The position numbers were made by a program, and so were the translations under genes. DNA of 64,000 nucleotides from Cyanophora paradoxa CCMP329 (lineage: Eukaryota > Plantae > Glaucophyta), in the NCBI GenBank assembly GCA_004431415.1, contig QPMI01000672.1, forward strand, positions 34,972 through 98,971, given 5' to 3'. Positions 34,114 to 46,840 of the stretch are shown one piece after another. The notes under the pieces are model-generated. The model did not search any database. It saw only the letters and a list, made by a program, of their open reading frames with translations, and had not been told where the DNA came from. How positions within the stretch are numbered: the stretch's first letter is position 1; every line of letters starts with the position of its first letter.

Positions 34114-35938
34114 CTACGCCTCGCTGCTGGGGCCGGCGCCGCCATACGTGGACTCGAGGTAGCGGATGATGTCGGCGGACTCGAAGAGCTTCACCCCCGT
34201 GTTCGGGTCCTCCAGGTAGGGCACCTGCAGGGCGGGCGGGCGAGAGGGGGTCAGGAGGCGGCGCGCGGGGGAGGAGCGCGGGGCGGGGGCGGGGCGCCTG
34301 GAAGCGGCCGGTGCGCTCGAGGAGCTCGGAGCGCTTGGGGGAGCCCCGCGCGCACGTCCGCAGCAGGTACGGCGTCTCCAGCTGCCCCGCCCCGCCCCCT
34401 CAGCTGGGCAGGCGGGGGAGGCGAGGGGGACAGGGGGGGCTACCTCGCAGAGGACCTCCCGCACGACGCGGCAGAAGGGCGACGGCTGCACGCCCGTCAG
34501 GGGCGGGGGAGGGGGCAGGGGAGGGGGCCCCGGGCGCGCCTCGTAGGCCCAGAACTCGAGCGGCTTCTCGGGGATGCTCGCCCCCGCCCGCCGCGCCCGG
34601 CCCCGCCCCGGCCTGCCGCCCTCTCAGAGGGGCCCGGCGCAGGGCGGGGCGGGGCGGGGCCGGTCGCCGCACCGGACGCCGGTGGCGAGGCCGGCGGTGA
34701 GGGTCGTGAGGGCGCCCAGGCGCAGCGGCAGCGGCACCTGCGGCGGGGCTCGGCGGGGCGGGCGCGGGGATCTCCGAAGGAACAGAAAGGGAGGGGACCT
34801 CGCCGGAGCCGTACTCGCTGAAGAGGTAGCGGATGATCTCGTCCGACTCGTACATCGCCACCCCCGTGTTCGGGTCCACCTGCGCCCCGGTCAGCGCGAC
34901 ACCCGGCGGCGTCCCGCGCCCTCTCCCGGCGGCCGGCGGGGGCGCACCAGGTACGGGAACTGCTTCTTGCCCCCCTTCTCGATCGCCTCCGGCCGCCACT
35001 GCGCCGGCGGTGAGGGGCGCGCCGGCGGCGGTGCGGGTGCCGCGATCGGGGCGGGCCTTGGTGCCGTCCTTGGGGCAGGGGTACACGATCACGTCGATAT
35101 CGAGGATAGAGACCGCCTCCCGGACCTTGCGCTGCCGGGCCGGTCGGCGCCGGACGCGCTTGCGGAGCAGGGGGCGGGTTCGCGCACGCAGAAGGGGCAG
35201 GCCTCGAACTCGTAGAGCTCGAGGGGCTTCTCCGGCCGCTTCCCGAGCTTGTTCGACTCCACCAGCCGCTGCCCTCCGACCTCCAGGCTGTACCCGCTCG
35301 GCCGCGGCGCGCTCGCGCTCTCGATGCGCTCCAGGCTGTACCCCTCGACGAAGGCGCCGACGCCGAGCTAGCTCGATCTCAGAATTTTTGTTTTTAGAGT
35401 TCAACGGTTGAAGCCGAACCCGCATGAGGGAGGCGAGCGAGGCGCCGAAGACGTTGCCGGCCTGTTCAGGAGCGACATAAAAGCGCCGCGGCTCGGAGCC
35501 CTTGAAGCTCGCGCCGGCGCCCGAGGAGGAGGAGCCGGCCGAGGCGCCGGCCTCGTCCTTCACCTCCCGCGCAGTCGTCTCAACGATGGGGCCCTCCGAC
35601 TCTGCGGCCGGCGCGTCAAAATCCTTTCACGAGCTATGCATTGCCCGGGAAAATGCTATGGAAAGCCGCGCTCGCGCTGCTATGCGAGATGCAGGCACCA
35701 CGTGCCGCCCGACTCCAAACGGCCCCACGCAGGAGCCGGGGTCCGAGGGCGCAGGAGTGCGCACCGTTCATGGATGCGCTTGTCACACGCGTCTGGGGCC
35801 GGACGACGGCCTGTAAACGACGGACGGACGACGCGAAAGCCCGCACCGACCGAGCGGGGATCTGTAGGTGATGTCAGACAAAGCGCAAGAACCACCGGAG
35901 AAAGGCGCGGCTCGCACGAAGCTGCCGGCGAAGGCCAT
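34114..35938 (-). CDS. Plastid-targeted thioredoxin-fold protein with two GST N-terminal-like domains
   Basis: Transit peptide MAFAGSFV; LELYEFEACPFCRKVRE...GGKKQFPYLVDPNTGVAMYESDEII; second domain PSPFCRVVRE...QVPYLEDPNTGVKLFESADII. Confidence 0.88.
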
Positions 35939-36022
35939 TGTGCTTTTGAGAGGGCGTGGGGGTATGGAGTTAAACGCGGCTTGCGGCTCGTATGGCGGGT
36001 TCCGCGTGAAAGGAAGCTCGGG

Positions 36023-38231
36023 ATGGTCGCCTTCTGGGTTGGCGTCGCACTCGCCCTTATACTCTACGCGGTGTTCCGGTACAAGAGCCGCGAAGATGGG
36101 TGGGCGAAGAAGACCGACGACCCAGGTTTCGCTCTCGGAGGCGTCGACATCCACACCATGGCCTCGCGGGACCAGCAGCCTGCAGGATACGCCTACGCGC
36201 CGCGAAGGCAGCAGGTGCTGAGCATGCCGATGGTCCCCGCGGGCCCCGCGAGGCCCGTCGCACCGCCGCCGCTTCCGGCAGCGCCCATTCCGGCGGCCGC
36301 GCCTGGCTGGACCCCGCAGCCGGCGTCGCCAGCGGGGGCGGTCGTTTCGCCCGCCATCCCAGCGGCGCCGGCGGCGGCGCCGCCGCAGCAGCAGCAGGAT
36401 GGTCAGCAGGGCGGCGGGTCGCTCACCTCGGCCTTCCTCGCGCCGCCCTCCGTGCACAACGACCCGCCCCTCGGCGCTCGCGCCTCTCCCGTCGCGGCTC
36501 CTCCGCCCGCAGGCCTTGCGGCGCCTGCGAATCCCTTCCAGCAGCCGATGCCCGCACAGGGGGCGCCCCCTTTCCACGCCGGAGCGCAGCCGCACGCCCC
36601 CTCGCCCCACCCGCCCCATCCCGCGTACGCGGCATCACCGCCTCAGCCCCCTGCCCAGCCCGCATTCCAGCAGCCCCATCAGCCGAAGCACGCTCCTCCC
36701 GCCCCTCCTGCCCAGCAGGCCCCGCCGCAGCCCTTCGTACAGCCCATCCCTCCCGCCCAGCCGGCCCCACCGCAACCTTTCGTTCAGCCCATCCCCAAAG
36801 CTCACCCCGCCGCCCCCGCCCAGCCGTTCGTGCAGCCCATGCCTGCCGGCCACCCCGTCGCCCCCGCCCAGCCGTTCGTGCAGCCCATGCCTGCCGGCCA
36901 CCCTGCGCCCCAGCAGCCCTTCGTCCAGCCCCCCGCTCCGCCCCCGGCCCCCGCGCCGCCCCCGCCGCCCCCCCCGCCGGCGGCCCCCATCCTCCCGCCC
37001 GCTTTCGAGATCGAGTTCGGCGAGATCAAGGTGCGGCACCGCGCGCCGAGCCCGCCGCCCGCCGCCCGCGCGCGAGCCAGGGCCCGACCGCGCCGCCGGC
37101 GCCGGCAGCTGGGGAAGCAGGTCGGGTCGGGGGCCTTCGGGAAGGTCTACCGGGCCACCTGGCGCGGCACCGACGTCGCGTGCGCGCCCGCCCCGCCCCG
37201 CCCCGCCCCGCCTCCGACGCCCCTCTCCCCCTGCCGCGCAGCGTCAAGCTCTTCCAGGCGAACGCACTCAGCACCGACGTGTACGCTTCTCCATGCTGCT
37301 CGGGGGCGCTCGGGGGGCTGAGGGGCGGGCGTGGGCGGGCAGGCTGAACGAGTTCCGGAAGGAGGTGGGGGTGCTGGCGAGCCTGCGGCACCCCCAGATC
37401 ATCCTCTTCATGGCCGCCTGCACCCGGCCCCCCGACCTCGCCATCGTCACAGAGGCGCCCCCCCCTCCTTCCTCCGTCGCCGGCAGCCGCTGAGGGGGCG
37501 GCAGTTCTGCGGGCGGGGGTCCCTCTGGGACGTGATCCACTCTGCGGCGCCGCTGGACTTTAAGATGATCGTGAAGATCTCGACGGAGATCGCCCGCGGC
37601 ATGCTCTACCTCCACTCCTCCGGCCTCATCCACCGCGTCCGCGCCCCCTCCTCCCTCCCTCTCCGGCTGCGGGCGCGAGCGGGGCGGGGGCAGGACCTGA
37701 AGAGCGCGAACATCCTCCTCGACGACAACTGGTCCATCAAGATCTCCGACTTCGTGCGCCCCCCGCCCTCCCGCCCTGCTGCTCCCTCCGCTGCCCTCCC
37801 CGCGGCCTCACCGCGGGGCCGGCGCAGGGCCTCACGCGGCTGCGCGCGCACATGGACACCGTCCTCACCGGCCAGTCCGGCACCTACCAGGTCCGCCCTC
37901 CCACCGCGCGCCATCGGCCCCCGTGCGCCGCGCCGCCAACAGTGCGGGGCAGTGGATGGCGCCGGAGGTGCTGAACAACCAGCGCTACTCGGAGAAGGCG
38001 GACGTCTTCAGCTTCGGGATCGTGCTCTACGAGCTGATCACGCGGAAGCTGCCCTACGAGGGCCTGGACGGCATGCAGGCCGCCCTCGGCGTCCTCCACC
38101 GCGGCCTCCGCCCCGACATACCCCCCTCCACCTCCCCCGTCCTCGCCAAGCTCATGCGCTCCTGCTGGGCCCAGGACCCCCGCGAGCGCCCCGCCTTCGA
38201 GCAGATCCTCCAGACCCTCCGCTTCCTCTAG
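36023..38231 (+). CDS. TKL/Raf-like protein kinase with N-terminal signal anchor and Pro/Gln-rich linker
   Basis: MVAFWVGVALALILYAVF; GSGAFGKVY, VAVK, LRHPQII, IHRDLKSANIL, ISDFG, GTYQWMAPE, ADVFSFG, CWAQDPRERP. Confidence 0.92.
36727..36930 (+). repeat. Five coding repeats of QPFVQP in the kinase linker
   Basis: cag cc(c/t/g) ttc gtN cag ccc recurs five times at ~45-48 bp spacing. Confidence 0.85.
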
Positions 38232-38297
38232 CCCCCCCTCCCCCCACCATCCCCACTTGCCCCCTTCCTGCCGTCTCTCTCGTGTCCGCCGCTCAAT

Positions 38298-39654
38298 TCA
38301 CTCGTACGTGAGGAGGACCTGGATGCACTCGCAGGGCCGCTCGTCGAGGAGGCGGTAGGCCTCGGCGGCGCGCGCGAAGGGCACGCGGTGCGTCACGAAG
38401 CGGCCCGCCGGGCGCACCTCCCGCAGCGCCTCCCACGCCGCCCCGAAGCGCCGCGCCTTGCTCCACCTGCCGCCCCGTCGGCCTCCCGCGGCGGCGAGGG
38501 GCCCCAGCGCGCGCGCACCGCCCGCTGAGCTCGGGGGGTATGCTGCTGACTTGGCTGCTGATGAGCTGGAGGTGCCCCCTGTGGAACCCCGCGCCGCCCA
38601 GGTTCAGGGTCACCTGAGCGAGCATGAGAAAGAGCTCTAGGCGGGGAGGGAGGGAGGTGGCTGGGTGCACGTGCCTTCTTCTGGCCGTACCAGGAGCCGA
38701 TGACAAGGCGGCCGCTGTAGCCGCAGGCGGCGACGGCGGCGTCAAGGGCGGCGGGGGCCCCCGAGACCTCGTAGGCGAGGTCGGCCCCCGCGTAGTCCCG
38801 CCCGCCCCGCAGCGCCCCCTGCAGCGCCCCCGCGGGGGCCTCCGGGGCGAGGGCGGCGGTGGCGCCGGCGGCGAGGGCGGCGGCGCGGCGGGCCTCGATG
38901 CCGTCGACGGCGACGAGGCTGGCGAGGGGAAAGCGCGCGAGGAGCGCCGTCGTGAGGAGGCCCACGACGCCCGCCCCGAAGACCGCCACCTGCGCTCGGC
39001 GCCAGGCTCAGCGGGGCGGGGCCGGGCGGGACCGGGGTACGGGGCGGGATCGTGCCTGCTCGCCGAGGGCGGGTCGGCCGTCGTGGATGAAGTTGACGGC
39101 CGTCTCCATGTTGGGGAGGAAGGCGGCGTCCTCGGGCGCCACGCCCTCCGGCACCCGCTGCAGCGACGCCGCCTCCGCCACGAACGCCGACTGGTGCGGC
39201 TGGAACGAGAACACCACGTCCCCCGCCTTCAGCTCCGAGACGCCCTCCCCGACCCGCGCCACGCGGCCTGCGCGGTGCGCGTGCGCGCGGAGATCAAATT
39301 CGGCGCCCGACGCGGCGCGGCCGCGGCGTGCGGAGGACGGCCGAGGGCGCACCGATCATGCTGTAGCCGTACTTGAGCGGGTACTTGAAGGCCTCGCTGC
39401 CGAGCGACTCCAGCGTGCTGTCGACGCTCATGTCGGTCGGCACCTGCTGCCGGTACACGAGCAGCTCAGTGCCGCTGCTAATCGCCGATACCACGGCCTT
39501 GACCTGCGGAGCGACTCTTACCCGAGTTGCCGCAGCGCGCGCAGCAGGCGGGAAGCAAGCGCACCAGGACCTGCCCAGGGCCGGGTTCGGGCAGGCGCAC
39601 GCTCTGAATCTCCAAACTCCGCTCGCCCGTGAACCATAGCTCGCTGGCGTCCAT
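38298..39654 (-). CDS. Medium-chain dehydrogenase/reductase (zinc-binding ADH fold; bacterial-type subfamily), multi-exon
   Basis: ELWFTGERS, SAISSGTELLVYR, YPLKYGYSMIG, FSFQPHQ, FLPNMETAVN, AVFGAGVVG, EVSG, VIGSWYG, ISSQVS, VTHRVPF. Confidence 0.87.
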
Positions 39655-39721
39655 GCCTTCGGCGGTCTTGAAAGGCTCTTCGGAGAAGGGGGGTACGCAG
39701 TGCTCCCGAGATTTTGGAGCG

Positions 39722-40744
39722 ATGTCGGCCCGGCCGGATTCGCCGGCGTTCGTGGTAGCGCTGCCTGGCGTACGGGCGGCGCTGCTTCCGGCGGTCTCGT
39801 TCGCTCCCGGCGCCCGTCGGGCCGAGTCACGGTCAAGGCAGATCGCGGCTCACCGGCCCGTCCGGCGTTTCGAGGCGGTGCGCCACCACGTGTATACATT
39901 CATTTCAGCATGTCGCCGTCCGTACCGCTGACCCCGGTGACCCAGGAGGCGTCCTCGGGTTCCTTCGCTCCAGCCGCCCGCGTCTTCCTGCCCGGCGCCG
40001 TTCGCTGCGGCCCGTCCACTGAGCGCGAAACTAACGAGCCGGAGGTGTGAGGCGTTTTGCGAACAGCGCCGCATGCGTGACGCGGAATTATCTTCTCGGT
40101 GTCAGCCTTTCATCGCTTACTGGAACCGCAGGTGGACATTGATTCGGAGCGTGCGCGCTTTCAGAAGCTATTCGAGTCAGGGGACAAGGCCGAGCCCGAT
40201 CCCAAGGAAGGTACGCCCCCCTGGCTGGCGCTCGCAGCGCACGCCAAGCCCATAATGACCGGCCCGCGCGCGCTCGCCCCAGCCGGCTGCCCTGGTGAGC
40301 GCGTTCAGCATGCGTCTTCCCAGACTTATGCCGGGCTGACATGTACGCGTGCAGATTGCTACGGGGGCGAGCCTCCGGACTGGGCGGACAAGCCCAGTGG
40401 CAGCGGTGGCGGCGGCGGAGGCGGCGAAGGCGGCAGCGGCGGCAGCGGCGGCAGCGGCGGCAGCGGTGGTAGCGGCGGAAGTGGAGGCAGTGGAGGCGGC
40501 CCGAGCGGCCCGGGCGGCCCGCCGGAAGGGTACGCGCAGCTCGGCGCACTCCGCGATAGAGCGCCCTGCTCACGACGGGCGCAGGCTGCCGCCGCTGCCG
40601 CCGCGGCGGGAGAACTGGCTGCCGTTCATCATCGGGTGCGTGCTGACGCTGGTGGCGGGGGCGATCATGGCCGTCGCGGACGAGAGGGAGAAGGAGAAGG
40701 AGCGCGAGCGCGCGAGGAAGTACGCCGCCGGCCTCATTAAGTGA
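39722..40744 (+). CDS. Small Gly-rich protein with probable plastid transit peptide and a TM helix near the C-terminus
   Basis: MSARPDSPAFVVALP...; in-frame splicing (first intron 39878-39945); (GGS)n tract ~40403-40500; TM WLPFIIGCVLTLVAGAIMAV. Confidence 0.68.
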
Positions 40745-41641
40745 GGCCCCGCGCCCCCGCGCGCCGCGGCCGCTCCGGTCTTTGCCCCTCAGGCTTCTTG
40801 CTTCGAGCTAGCGTGCATTGCAGTTCTTTTTGCGTCCATAGGGTTTTTGTTGGGTGGCGGGGTCCCTCGCTCTTGTATGGGTATCGATATGTACATGTCG
40901 ACGTCAACGTGTACTCCGAGGCGTTTCTCGTAGGCAATTTTAAATACCAATTTGCAATTGTGATCGCGCGTAAATTCGAGAGGCGCGTGCACTGCACGTG
41001 GGCTCACGGTTTAGAGTCCGAGCGTGCACTAAGCTGGGTGCACGTGCACTGTGATTAAAAGATCTAGAGTTCGTTTATTCATCATAATCATGGCATCAAA
41101 TCTTAAACCGTGAACGACAATCGCTCACGATCAGCATACAACCTAGATCTGGGCCACCTCAAAAGCCCGCGATCGCCACGAGTCGTCTCGGGAGTCTTCA
41201 AGGTGAAGAGACAAGAATGCCGCTGATAAATGCATATCATAATTTAGTGTGGAAATGAACAACGCGGGCCTCTGCACTAAATGGAAATGGAAACCTCTGG
41301 CCTGACGCTAGCCTATGAAAACAATTAACAGAGTCTGGCTGTGGGCTAGCCAGGTATTCTTTCTGCACATAATCCGTAAAGCCGACCCAGTGGCTCCGAC
41401 GACGACGAAAACGAGGGGCGGCGGCGGAGCAGGGGGCCGAGCTACGAGAGAAGCGACGGCTGTAATCAATGCGGACGGAAGAAACTGCGCGCCGGCACGC
41501 AGCGTGCGGCGGTGTGAAAGCTTTGGGGGATCGCCGGATCCCGCTATACAGGGCGACATCGTAAAAAAACCAAAATTGGGCGGCGGCCGCGGCGGGCGGG
41601 GCCGGCGCGGGGCGGGGCGGGGGGGCGGCGGGGGGCGGGGG

Positions 41642-43431
41642 CTACCAGAGGAGGGAGTGGGTGGAGGTGGTGGAGCCGCCGGGGTGGTCGACGCCGGCCT
41701 CGGCGTCGGGGTCGAGCAGCTCGCTGACCGCCCGGAAGTCCGCCTCCGACTCCATGCAGAGCATGAACTGCCGCTCCTCGATCCGCGGCGTCGCGATCGC
41801 CCCGCTCGCCTTCCGCCGCCGCGCCGCCGCCGCCGCCTCGCCGGCCGCCAGCGAGGAGCACGCCTGCGTCGCCGCCGCGCCCCCGACGCGGCGGGCGGCC
41901 TGCCCGATGCTGCGGATGACGGAGGCGAGGGGGGAGAGCTTGGGGGAGTCGCCCTCGGCCTCGCGCCGGCGCGCGCGCTCGCGCTCGCGCTCGCGCTCGT
42001 CGCCGCTGGGCTCCTCGTCGGAGTCGGAGGGCGGGGCGTTGTCGGCGGCGCGCAGGAGCTCGCGGTCCGGCCTCACCGCCACCACGGCCGTCACGGCGAG
42101 CGCGAAGGGCGTCGGGCCCTGCGCCAGCGGCTGCACCCGCGTGACGGCGTTGAGGTAGAAGAGCGGCCGGTGGCCCTCGCTGGGCCCCCGCACGGAGAGG
42201 AGCCCGCAGGAGACGACGAAGACGCGCTTGCGCCACAGGCTGATGAAGCGCCCCTCCCACTGCGCCCCGCCTCAGCAGGGCCCCACGAGGCCCGCGCGTC
42301 CGGGCCGGGCCGGGCGGGGCAGGGGGCGGGGCGCACGAGGCGGGCCTGGAAGACGCGCTCCTCGCGGAGGACGCGGATGGAGTGCGGGAGCGGGTCCCGC
42401 TCCGAGAGGGTCCCCGCCGCCGTCCCGCTCCCGTAGCCGCCCACGAGCCGCCCCGACGAGAGCGCCCGCGCGATCCGCGACTCCCGCCCCGAGCGCCCCG
42501 CCCCGCTCCCGCTGCCCCCGGCGCTCCGCGGGCCGAAGTTGCCGGGCGAGGGCGGCGCCACCCGCACGCGCGGCTGCGGGCTCGGGCAGGGCGAGTCGCT
42601 GCCCGGCGGCGGGCTGGGCGCGGCCTGCGCCCGGAGGGCGGGGCTCCCGCGCTGCAGCCGCAGGCCCGGCGCCGACGAGGAGCGCACGATGTGGTGGCCC
42701 CCGCTGCCCTCCACGGCGCCCCCGCCGGCGTCGCGGTGCGCGGGGCGTCGGCGGCGGGGGCAGCTGGAGGAAGGGGCGGGGGCGGGTGGGTGGCGAGGGG
42801 CGAGGCGGGGGCGCCCGGGGAGGAGGCGGAGGAGGCGCTCTGCAGCGGCGGCGTCGAGGACGTCTCCCACTCCTCCGACGCCACTCGCGACGCCGGCCCC
42901 GCTCCCCCGTCCCCGCCACCCCCCGCCGCCTCCCGCGGCGACCCCCGCTCGCGGTCGGTGAGCGCCGGCCTGCACCGCGCGGCCGCCGAGGCCTGCGGGG
43001 CCGGGTCAGGGCCGGCGGCGAGCGCGGAGGTGGGGAGGAGGACCTTGGCGAGGTGGCGGTCGGAGGGGGTGGAGGCGCCCGAGCCGGCCAGGGAGCTCTT
43101 GACGGCGAAGAGCTCCGGGCAGAGGCCGCCCCGCACGCGGCTCCCCGCGGTCGCCCTCCCGTCCTCCAGCAGCACCATCGCCTCCCCGTCCCCGAAGCTC
43201 GCGAACCGGAACTCCGCCGGCTGCTCCGCCCCGTATTGGGAATGCGCGCGGTCGCAGTGCTCCGAGGCCAGCACCCCGCACGCCTGCCCGTGGGCCGCCC
43301 GGGCCGCGCTGCTCCCCCTCCGGACCACCACCTGGAGCCCGTAGTCCGCTGCGCGGGGTCAGCGAGGGGCGCCGCGCCCAGGCGCCGCGCTCATCACCTG
43401 GCGGGTCGGGCGGCGGCGCCATCTCCGTCAT
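41642..43431 (-). CDS. Multi-exon protein with a C-terminal PH-like domain (5' end probably extends toward ~43820)
   Basis: WEGRFISLWRKRVFVVSCGLLSV...FYLNAVTRVQP...FALAV...RQFMLCMESEADF; Ser/Pro-rich middle region; a branch point + AG upstream of 43440 suggests further exons. Confidence 0.55.
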
Positions 43432-43890
43432 CCTTCTATCCTGTCCCGTACAGTCAGCCGGTGGTTTTAAACAGCATTAGAGACGAGGAGCATTATGGGC
43501 GGCCTTACCAGAGTGCGCGACACACGAGTCCGGCCGCGTTATCAAGCGCGCAAGCTTCGCGCCCCCTCGATAGTGGCGCCTCCTCGTTCAGCCTACGATC
43601 ACGGTCTCGCTGAGAGGCTCCAGCAACTTGATGGAGAAGACAGACAAGTGGTCGACTGGCGCGCGCGCTCTCTTCAGGCCCGCGTCCGGCTGTTCTCGTG
43701 CCGAGGACGACGGCGACGTGCTCGCCTGGGTGCGCCACGGGATGCGCAGGGCCGGGCCGCTCCCTTCCAGTCACTGCGGCACTACGGCTAACACAATGCC
43801 TCTTGGGTTGAGCTGCCCATTAGGAAGGGGGGTACGCTCACTTCGAAGGGGGTGCACTTCACTCGCGGGTACGGGCAGAAGCCAAGCCCG

Positions 43891-45860
43891 ATGCCGTGCT
43901 TCAGCGCGCCGCCCGCGGCTCTCGCGCGGGGGCGACCAGCAGCAAGCGGAGCGCTGGCAGGAGCGCCGCGCTGCTGCGCCCTGGCCCGAAGAACGGTGCG
44001 CGCCACGGCAGCGCGCCGCGTATGTACAACGCTGACGCTGACGTATATACAGTTTCTTGGAAGTAGTAGCGGTCTCCGCGCGGGCCGCGCATCCGGAAGT
44101 GCCAGCGTGCACAGTAGCTCGCCGCGCGCGGCCGCCGGAGGCGCGGCTTCCGGCGCGACGAGGGAAGCCGAGAAGGAAGCGGATGAGAAGCCCGCCGCGG
44201 GGCCGGGCGAGCTGGAGGCGGTGCAGGCGGGGAGCCGCTCCCGGAAGGTCATCAAGGACCCGAATTCTCCGGCCTCCACGTCCCAGGCCCCGGAGCACAC
44301 GGGGAGCATAGGGGGGCCGGCCACGCGCACCGGCGGCACGCGCTACCCGCTTGTCTTCGCGCACGGCCTCCTCGGCTTCGACACGCTGAAGCTCGGCGTC
44401 TGGTGCGCGCCGGCCCTGGCCCGCGCCGGCCCCGCGCCCGCCCCGCCCCGCTGACCGCCGCCCCTTCAGGAGCTTCCAGTACTGGCGCGGCCCCTCGCGC
44501 CCCGCGGGGCGGCGCGCGGGCGCGGCTGAACGGGCCGCGCAGGCGGGGCATCCTCGAGGCGCTGCGGGAAGCGGGCTGCGACGTCTACGTCACGGTGCGC
44601 CCCGCCCCGCCTCTGCGGCCGTCTCTGCTCCGGCCTGAGAGCCGCGCGCAGTCCGTGCCCCCCGCCGCCTCCATCGAGCGGGTCCGCCGCGCCGCGCCGC
44701 GCCCCGCCCCGCCTGGACCGGGCGGGGCGGGGGCTGAGGGGGCGGGGCGGGGCCAGAGGGCGATGGAGCTGCGGGCGCGCGTGAAGGAGATCGGCGCCCC
44801 GCGCGTCAACATCATCGCCCACAGCATGGCCCGCCCCTCGCCCCGGCGCCACGCCCCCGCCCCGGCTCACGCGCCTGCCGGGCGCGCAGGGCGGCCTGGA
44901 CTCCCGCTACTTCATCTCCCGCCTCGACGGCGGCGACCTTGTCTCCAGGCGCGCCCCCTCACAGCTCGCACCCGGCCCCGTGCCCCGCCCAGCCTCGTGA
45001 CCGGGCCGGCGGCGCGGGCGGCAGCCTGACGACGATCGCGACGCCGCACCGGGGCAGCGCCTTCGCGGACTGGTGCATGGAGCGCCGCGTCGAGGACGCC
45101 TTCAAGCTCATGAGGCGCGGGGCGCCCGCCCGCCGCTCCGCGCGCCGGCGGGGCCCCCCCGTGACCCCGCCGCTGGCGCAGGCTGATGGAGACCGGCGCC
45201 GGCTCGAACCTCACCACCGCCTTTTTGCGCGTGCGCCCCGCCCGGCTCGCCCGCCCCGCTGCGGCCCCTCGGCCTCGGGATCGACGCCGCGCAGGAGGAG
45301 TTCAACCCGAGCGTGCCCGACCACCCCGACGTCAAGGCGCGCCGGCGCCGCCGCCGCCCCCCGCCCCCCGCCCTCTCAGCGGGGCGCAGTACTTCAGCTA
45401 CGGGGCGGCGGCGCCGCTGGAGAAGCTCAACCCCGTGTGGCGCCTTAGTGCCCGCATCATCGAGCAGGCCGAGGGGCCCAACGACGGTGCCCCGCCCCCG
45501 CCCCGCGCCCCGCGCCCCGCCCCGGGTGGGCGAGGGACGAGCGCGGGGCGGGGGCAGGCCTGGTCTCGGTCGAGTCGGCGCGCTGGGGCGAGTACCAGGT
45601 GCGAGCCCCCTGGGGCCCGCGTGCCGGGGCCGGGCCGGGGCGGGCCTCACGCCGAGGGCCGGGGGGGCGGGCAGGGGACGATCGAGTGCGACCACCTGCA
45701 GCTGCTCAACTGGGCGTGGACGAACTGGCGCGGCCTCAAGTTCGACGTCCGCCCCCCGGCCCCCCGGCCTTGCGCCTTCAATCCGCGCCAACCCGAAGTC
45801 TCGCAGGGCCTGCCCCTGTACCGCCAGATCGCGGACAAGCTCGCCGAGTCGGAGCTGTGA
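43891..45860 (+). CDS. Triacylglycerol lipase (Tgl2-like alpha/beta hydrolase), multi-exon
   Basis: YPLVFAHGLLGFD, VNIIAHSM-GGLDSRY, LTTIATPHRGS, NDGLVSVESARWG, DHLQLLNW. Confidence 0.9.
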
Positions 45861-46840
45861 GGCCGGCGTCGACGGCGCGCCGCCCTGCAAGCTGTGCATG
45901 TACTGTAGCACCCGTGCCAGTGTTCTCTCGCAGGCTTAGGGGGTTAGCTAGGTGGTGTAGGGGGAGAGGTGGGGGAGTGCACGTAGAAGAATAGGGCAGT
46001 CCATCATGATACGGCACTATGCCGACCCAGTGTTTCAATTGAATCATTTACAGTGCTGGGCTCTCAGAGTCTGACATCCAGAACCTCGGCCCCAGACGGA
46101 GCCCACGTGAAAGCTCGCGAGCGATGCCACAGTACTAGTGTCCCATTCCGGGTCCTGAGGGTCTAGATCTGACCGTGCACGTGGCTTCATGATCAACTTG
46201 GCAAGGCTTGAACTTCAGAATCCACACTCATGATCAGCCTGGGGCCGGCCGTCATTTGCCGCAGTGCAATAAACTTGAAATTCCGGCGAATTTCAACTTG
46301 CAGGTCAACTTCGCCGCGGCGCGGCAACCGTTGAACTTCAACTCATGATCAGGCTTGAAGCTTGCCACAGTGTCCCATTCCCGGGGTCCGGATCCCGAGT
46401 CCTGAGAGTCTAGATCTGACCGGATTCAATTGAATCAACTTCCGAAGTTCAACAATTGCATTCAATTGCAAAGGCTCACTGACGTCCGACGGTCAGCGGC
46501 GCCGGCATGAGAGGCCTTAAACTTGCAAATTTCGTCAACTTCAAGGCTCAGCGGCTTCGGATCCGGAACTCTGTTCATGCTGATCACGACCGCGAGCCCT
46601 GATCATGAACTTCGGAAGCTTCGAACTAGTACTTGAAATTCAAGGCTTGCCAAGTTAAGTCCCGCATCTAGCGCTGGCAAGGCATTATGCTTTCCGAAGT
46701 TCGTCATGACATGATCATGATCAGTGCACCCACGCGTAGCGCCCCTCCACACTTCCTTCTTCCGAAGTTCCGGCACACATTAAATATTCGCATTTCTGAG
46801 CCCTGTCTCGGTGGTCATGAATGTCGAGGCGGGAGGGGAG

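Noticed and set aside
45936-45947. ttagggggttag downstream of TERT as a possible telomerase RNA template or telomeric seed
   Set aside because: A single 12-mer with five Gs, with no supporting promoter, terminator or structure visible.
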